Made by a program: the position numbers and the translations under genes. The notes under the pieces are model-generated. The model saw nothing but the letters and a program-made list of their open reading frames with translations. It did no database searches and had not been told where the DNA came from. A stretch of DNA of 7,703 nucleotides from a virus (lineage: Duplodnaviria; Heunggongvirae; Uroviricota; Caudoviricetes), in IMG/VR virus record IMGVR_UViG_2778261465_000006, one strand, 5' to 3'. Below, piece by piece: positions 5,667 through 7,703 of this stretch (the first letter of the stretch is position 1; every line of letters begins with the position of its first letter).

Positions 5667-7119
5667 ATGATTTTCTCGGTGCCATGACGGAGGATGATGC
5701 CCGTCCTGAGGCACTGCGCCGTTTTGAACTGATGGTGGAAGAGGTGGCGCGTAACGCGTCCGCGGTGGCACAGAACACGGCAGCCGCGAAGAAGTCAGCC
5801 AGCGATGCCGGCACATCAGCACGTGAGGCGGCAACCCATGCGACTGATGCTGCAGGCTCAGCACGCGCAGCCAGCACGTCAGCCGGACAGGCCGCGTCGT
5901 CGGCTCAGTCAGCATCTTCCAGCGCAGGAACGGCATCAACAAAGGCCAGTGAAGCATCGAAAAGTGCTGCTGCTGCAGAGTCCTCAAAAAGCGCGGCAGC
6001 TACCAGTGCCGCTGCGGCGAAAACGTCAGAAACGAATGCGGCAGCGTCACAACAATCAGCAGCCACTTCTGCATCCGCCGCGACCACGAAGGCGTCAGAA
6101 GCAGCCACCTCAGCCCGGGATGCGGCGGCCTCAAAAGAGGCAGCGAAATCATCAGAAACGAACGCATCATCAAGCGCCAGTAGTGCCGCTTCCTCGGCAA
6201 CGGCGGCAGGCAATTCCGCGAAGGCGGCAAAGACGTCTGAGACAAACGCCAGGTCTTCTGAAACGGCAGCGGGACAGAGCGCCTCGGCTGCGGCAGGCTC
6301 AAAAACAGCGGCTGCGTCGTCTGCCAGTGCCGCGTCAACAAGTGCCGGGCAGGCCTCAGCCAGTGCCACCGCCGCCGGAAAATCGGCAGAAAGTGCCGCA
6401 TCGTCTGCTTCAACAGCCACAACGAAGGCTGGCGAAGCCACTGAACTGGTTATTGGAACCAAACTGTCCGCAAGTCTGAACGGTAATGCATTAACAGCAA
6501 CAAAGCTGCAAACGCCAAGACGGGTTTCTGGTGTTGAGTTTGATGGTTCCAAAGATATTACTTTATGCGTGGCTGGACGATTAAGGGCAAGCCCGCCAGT
6601 GGTCGTGCCGTATTGTCTCAGGAACAGGACGGCATAAAATCGCATACCCACAGCGCCAGCGCATCCAGTACTGATTTGGGGACGAAAACCACATCGTCGT
6701 TTGATTACGGCACTAAATCCACGAATAACACTGGTGCGCATACCCATAGTTTAAGTGGCAGCACGAATGCAGCTGGTAATCACAGCCATAGAGATGGCCG
6801 TCGATTTAACCCCAGTGTTTTTAAAGATACTTATCAATATGGTTATACAAGCTCAGGTCAAAATACCTGGGGTGTACAAGGCTCAGTAGGTATGTCTACG
6901 GGGGCGTTAGCTAATACCAGTACAGATGGTAACCATAGCCACTCACTGTCCGGCACAGCAGCATCTGCAGGTGCACACGCACATACTGTCGGTATTGGTG
7001 CACACACGCACTCCGTTGCGATTGGTTCACATGGACACACCATCACCGTTAACGCTGCTGGTAACGCGGAAAACACCGTCAAAAACATCGCATTTAACTA
7101 TATTGTGAGGCTTGCATAA
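5606..7119 (+). pseudogene. stf: Side tail fibre gene stf: lacks its N-terminus and start, has a frame break at about 6563-6565, and retains the His-rich C-terminal tip domain
   Basis: Frame-2 segment (5606-6637) FPPSHAGTITVYEDSRPGTLNDFLGAMTEDDARPE... plus Ala/Ser-rich shaft matches the lambda Stf N-terminal half from about residue 55. Frame-1 segment (6565-7119) [34 protein letters not shown]...[18 protein letters not shown] matches the Stf C-terminus. The two segments are in different frames. Confidence 0.8.
5760..6420 (+). repeat. Low-complexity Ala/Ser/Thr-rich coding repeats of the fibre shaft (recurring AAKTSETNA-type motif)
   Basis: Motif K-[TS]-SETNA appears at least three times in the translation (near 6016, 6141, 6230) within a GC-rich, compositionally biased stretch. 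This explains the many overlapping spurious ORFs on both strands. Confidence 0.5.
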
Positions 7120-7703
7120 TGGCATTCAGAATGAGTGAACAACCACGGACCATAAAAATTTATAATCTGCTGGCCGGAACTAATGAATTTATTGGTGAAG
7201 GTGACGCATATATTCCGCCTCATACAGGTCTGCCAGCAAACAGTACCGATATTGCACCGCCAGATATTCCGGCTGGCTTTGTGGCTGTTTTCAACAGTGA
7301 TGAGTCATCGTGGCATCTCGTTGAAGATCATCGGGGAAAAACCGTCTATGACGTGGCTTCCGGCGACGCGTTATTTATTTCTGAACTTGGCTCGTTACCG
7401 GAAAATGTCACCTGGTTATCGCCGGAAGGGGAATATCAGAAGTGGAACGGCACAGCCTGGGTGAAGGATACGGAAGCAGAAAAACTGTTCCGGATCCGGG
7501 AGGCGGAAGAAACAAAAAACAGCCTGATGCAGGTAGCCAGTGAGCATATAGCGCCACTTCAGGATGCTGTAGATCTGGAGATCGCAACGGAGGAAGAAAC
7601 CTCATTGCTGGAAGCCTGGAAAAAATATCGGGTGTTGCTGAACCGTGTTAATACAACAACTGCACCGGATATTGAATGGCCAACAGTACCCATTATCGAA
7701 TAG
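7119..7703 (+). CDS. tfa: Tail fibre assembly chaperone Tfa, 194 aa, full length
   Basis: [62 protein letters not shown]... matches lambda Tfa throughout. ATG overlaps the stf stop (TAATG). SD-like GTGAGG upstream. Stop TAG at 7701-7703. Confidence 0.9.
   Translation: MAFRMSEQPRTIKIYNLLAGTNEFIGEGDAYIPPHTGLPANSTDIAPPDIPAGFVAVFNSDESSWHLVEDHRGKTVYDVASGDALFISELGSLPENVTWLSPEGEYQKWNGTAWVKDTEAEKLFRIREAEETKNSLMQVASEHIAPLQDAVDLEIATEEETSLLEAWKKYRVLLNRVNTTTAPDIEWPTVPIIE

Larger units (their letters stand above)
1..7703. mobile_element. Defective lambdoid prophage (lambda/DLP12-like), late region: lysis cassette, accessory locus, cos, nu1, deleted head/tail module, stf/tfa
   Basis: Gene order and near-identity of translated ORFs to recalled lambda Nu1, A, U, V, K, I, J, Stf, Tfa and phage-21/DLP12 S, R, Rz, Rz1. 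Lambda-type cos junction present. Multiple internal deletions. Confidence 0.85.

Noticed and set aside
5760-6420. Ala/Ser repeat region considered as a VNTR, phase-variation tract or CRISPR-like array
   Set aside because: The repeats are imperfect, in frame and at the protein level (fibre shaft motif). There are no regularly spaced direct repeats with unique spacers and no homopolymeric slippage tract.
5527-6747. Long ORFs on both strands across the stf shaft (5527..5877 -, 5631..5987 -, 5805..6479 +, 5905..6747 -, 6000..6422 -)
   Set aside because: These are artefacts of the GC-rich, stop-poor Ala/Ser-repeat coding sequence. Their translations are Arg/Pro/Gln- or Ala-rich low complexity, while the frame-2 reading matches Stf.
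6858-7605. ORFs 6858..7088 (-), 6926..7108 (+), 7183..7464 (+), 7408..7605 (-)
   Set aside because: Shadow ORFs within the Stf C-terminus and Tfa, both of which are accounted for by strong lambda homology in another frame.
1-7703. Possibility that the window is wild-type lambda or a lambda/cosmid cloning vector
   Set aside because: The lysis cassette is phage-21/DLP12-type, not lambda S/R. A DUF1398 gene and an RHH gene sit between Rz and cos. The cos-proximal sequence differs at several positions from lambda as I recall it. The deletions leave non-functional gene fragments rather than engineered joints.

Overview
This 7.7-kb window is the late region of a decaying lambdoid prophage from an E. 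coli-like genome, in prophage order (lysis genes, then cos, then packaging and tail genes). All identifications come from reading the sequence and recalling lambda, phage 21 and E. coli K-12 DLP12 proteins; no database search was run. Content in order: (1) an intact phage-21/DLP12-type lysis cassette at 188-1364 (dual-start pinholin, SAR endolysin, Rz with embedded Rz1); (2) an accessory locus on the opposite strand at 1646-2556 (small ribbon-helix-helix protein, DUF1398/YbcV-family protein, possible 54-aa ORF), bounded by convergent terminators; (3) an intact lambda-type cos site with the cohesive-end sequence GGGCGGCGACCT at 2756-2767 and cosB repeats, followed by an intact small terminase gene nu1; (4) a tail region broken by deletions into fragment ORFs: A'(68 codons)::'U, V'(161 codons)::'K, J'(54 codons)::'stf, with I and tfa intact. 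The head module, tape measure and most of J are missing, so the element cannot form virions alone. I see no CRISPR array, tRNA/rRNA gene or IS element. The loci most worth follow-up are the RHH + DUF1398 module in the Rz-cos hotspot and the retention of cos + nu1 + lysis genes in a gutted prophage. Nothing here is demonstrably a new system from sequence alone.
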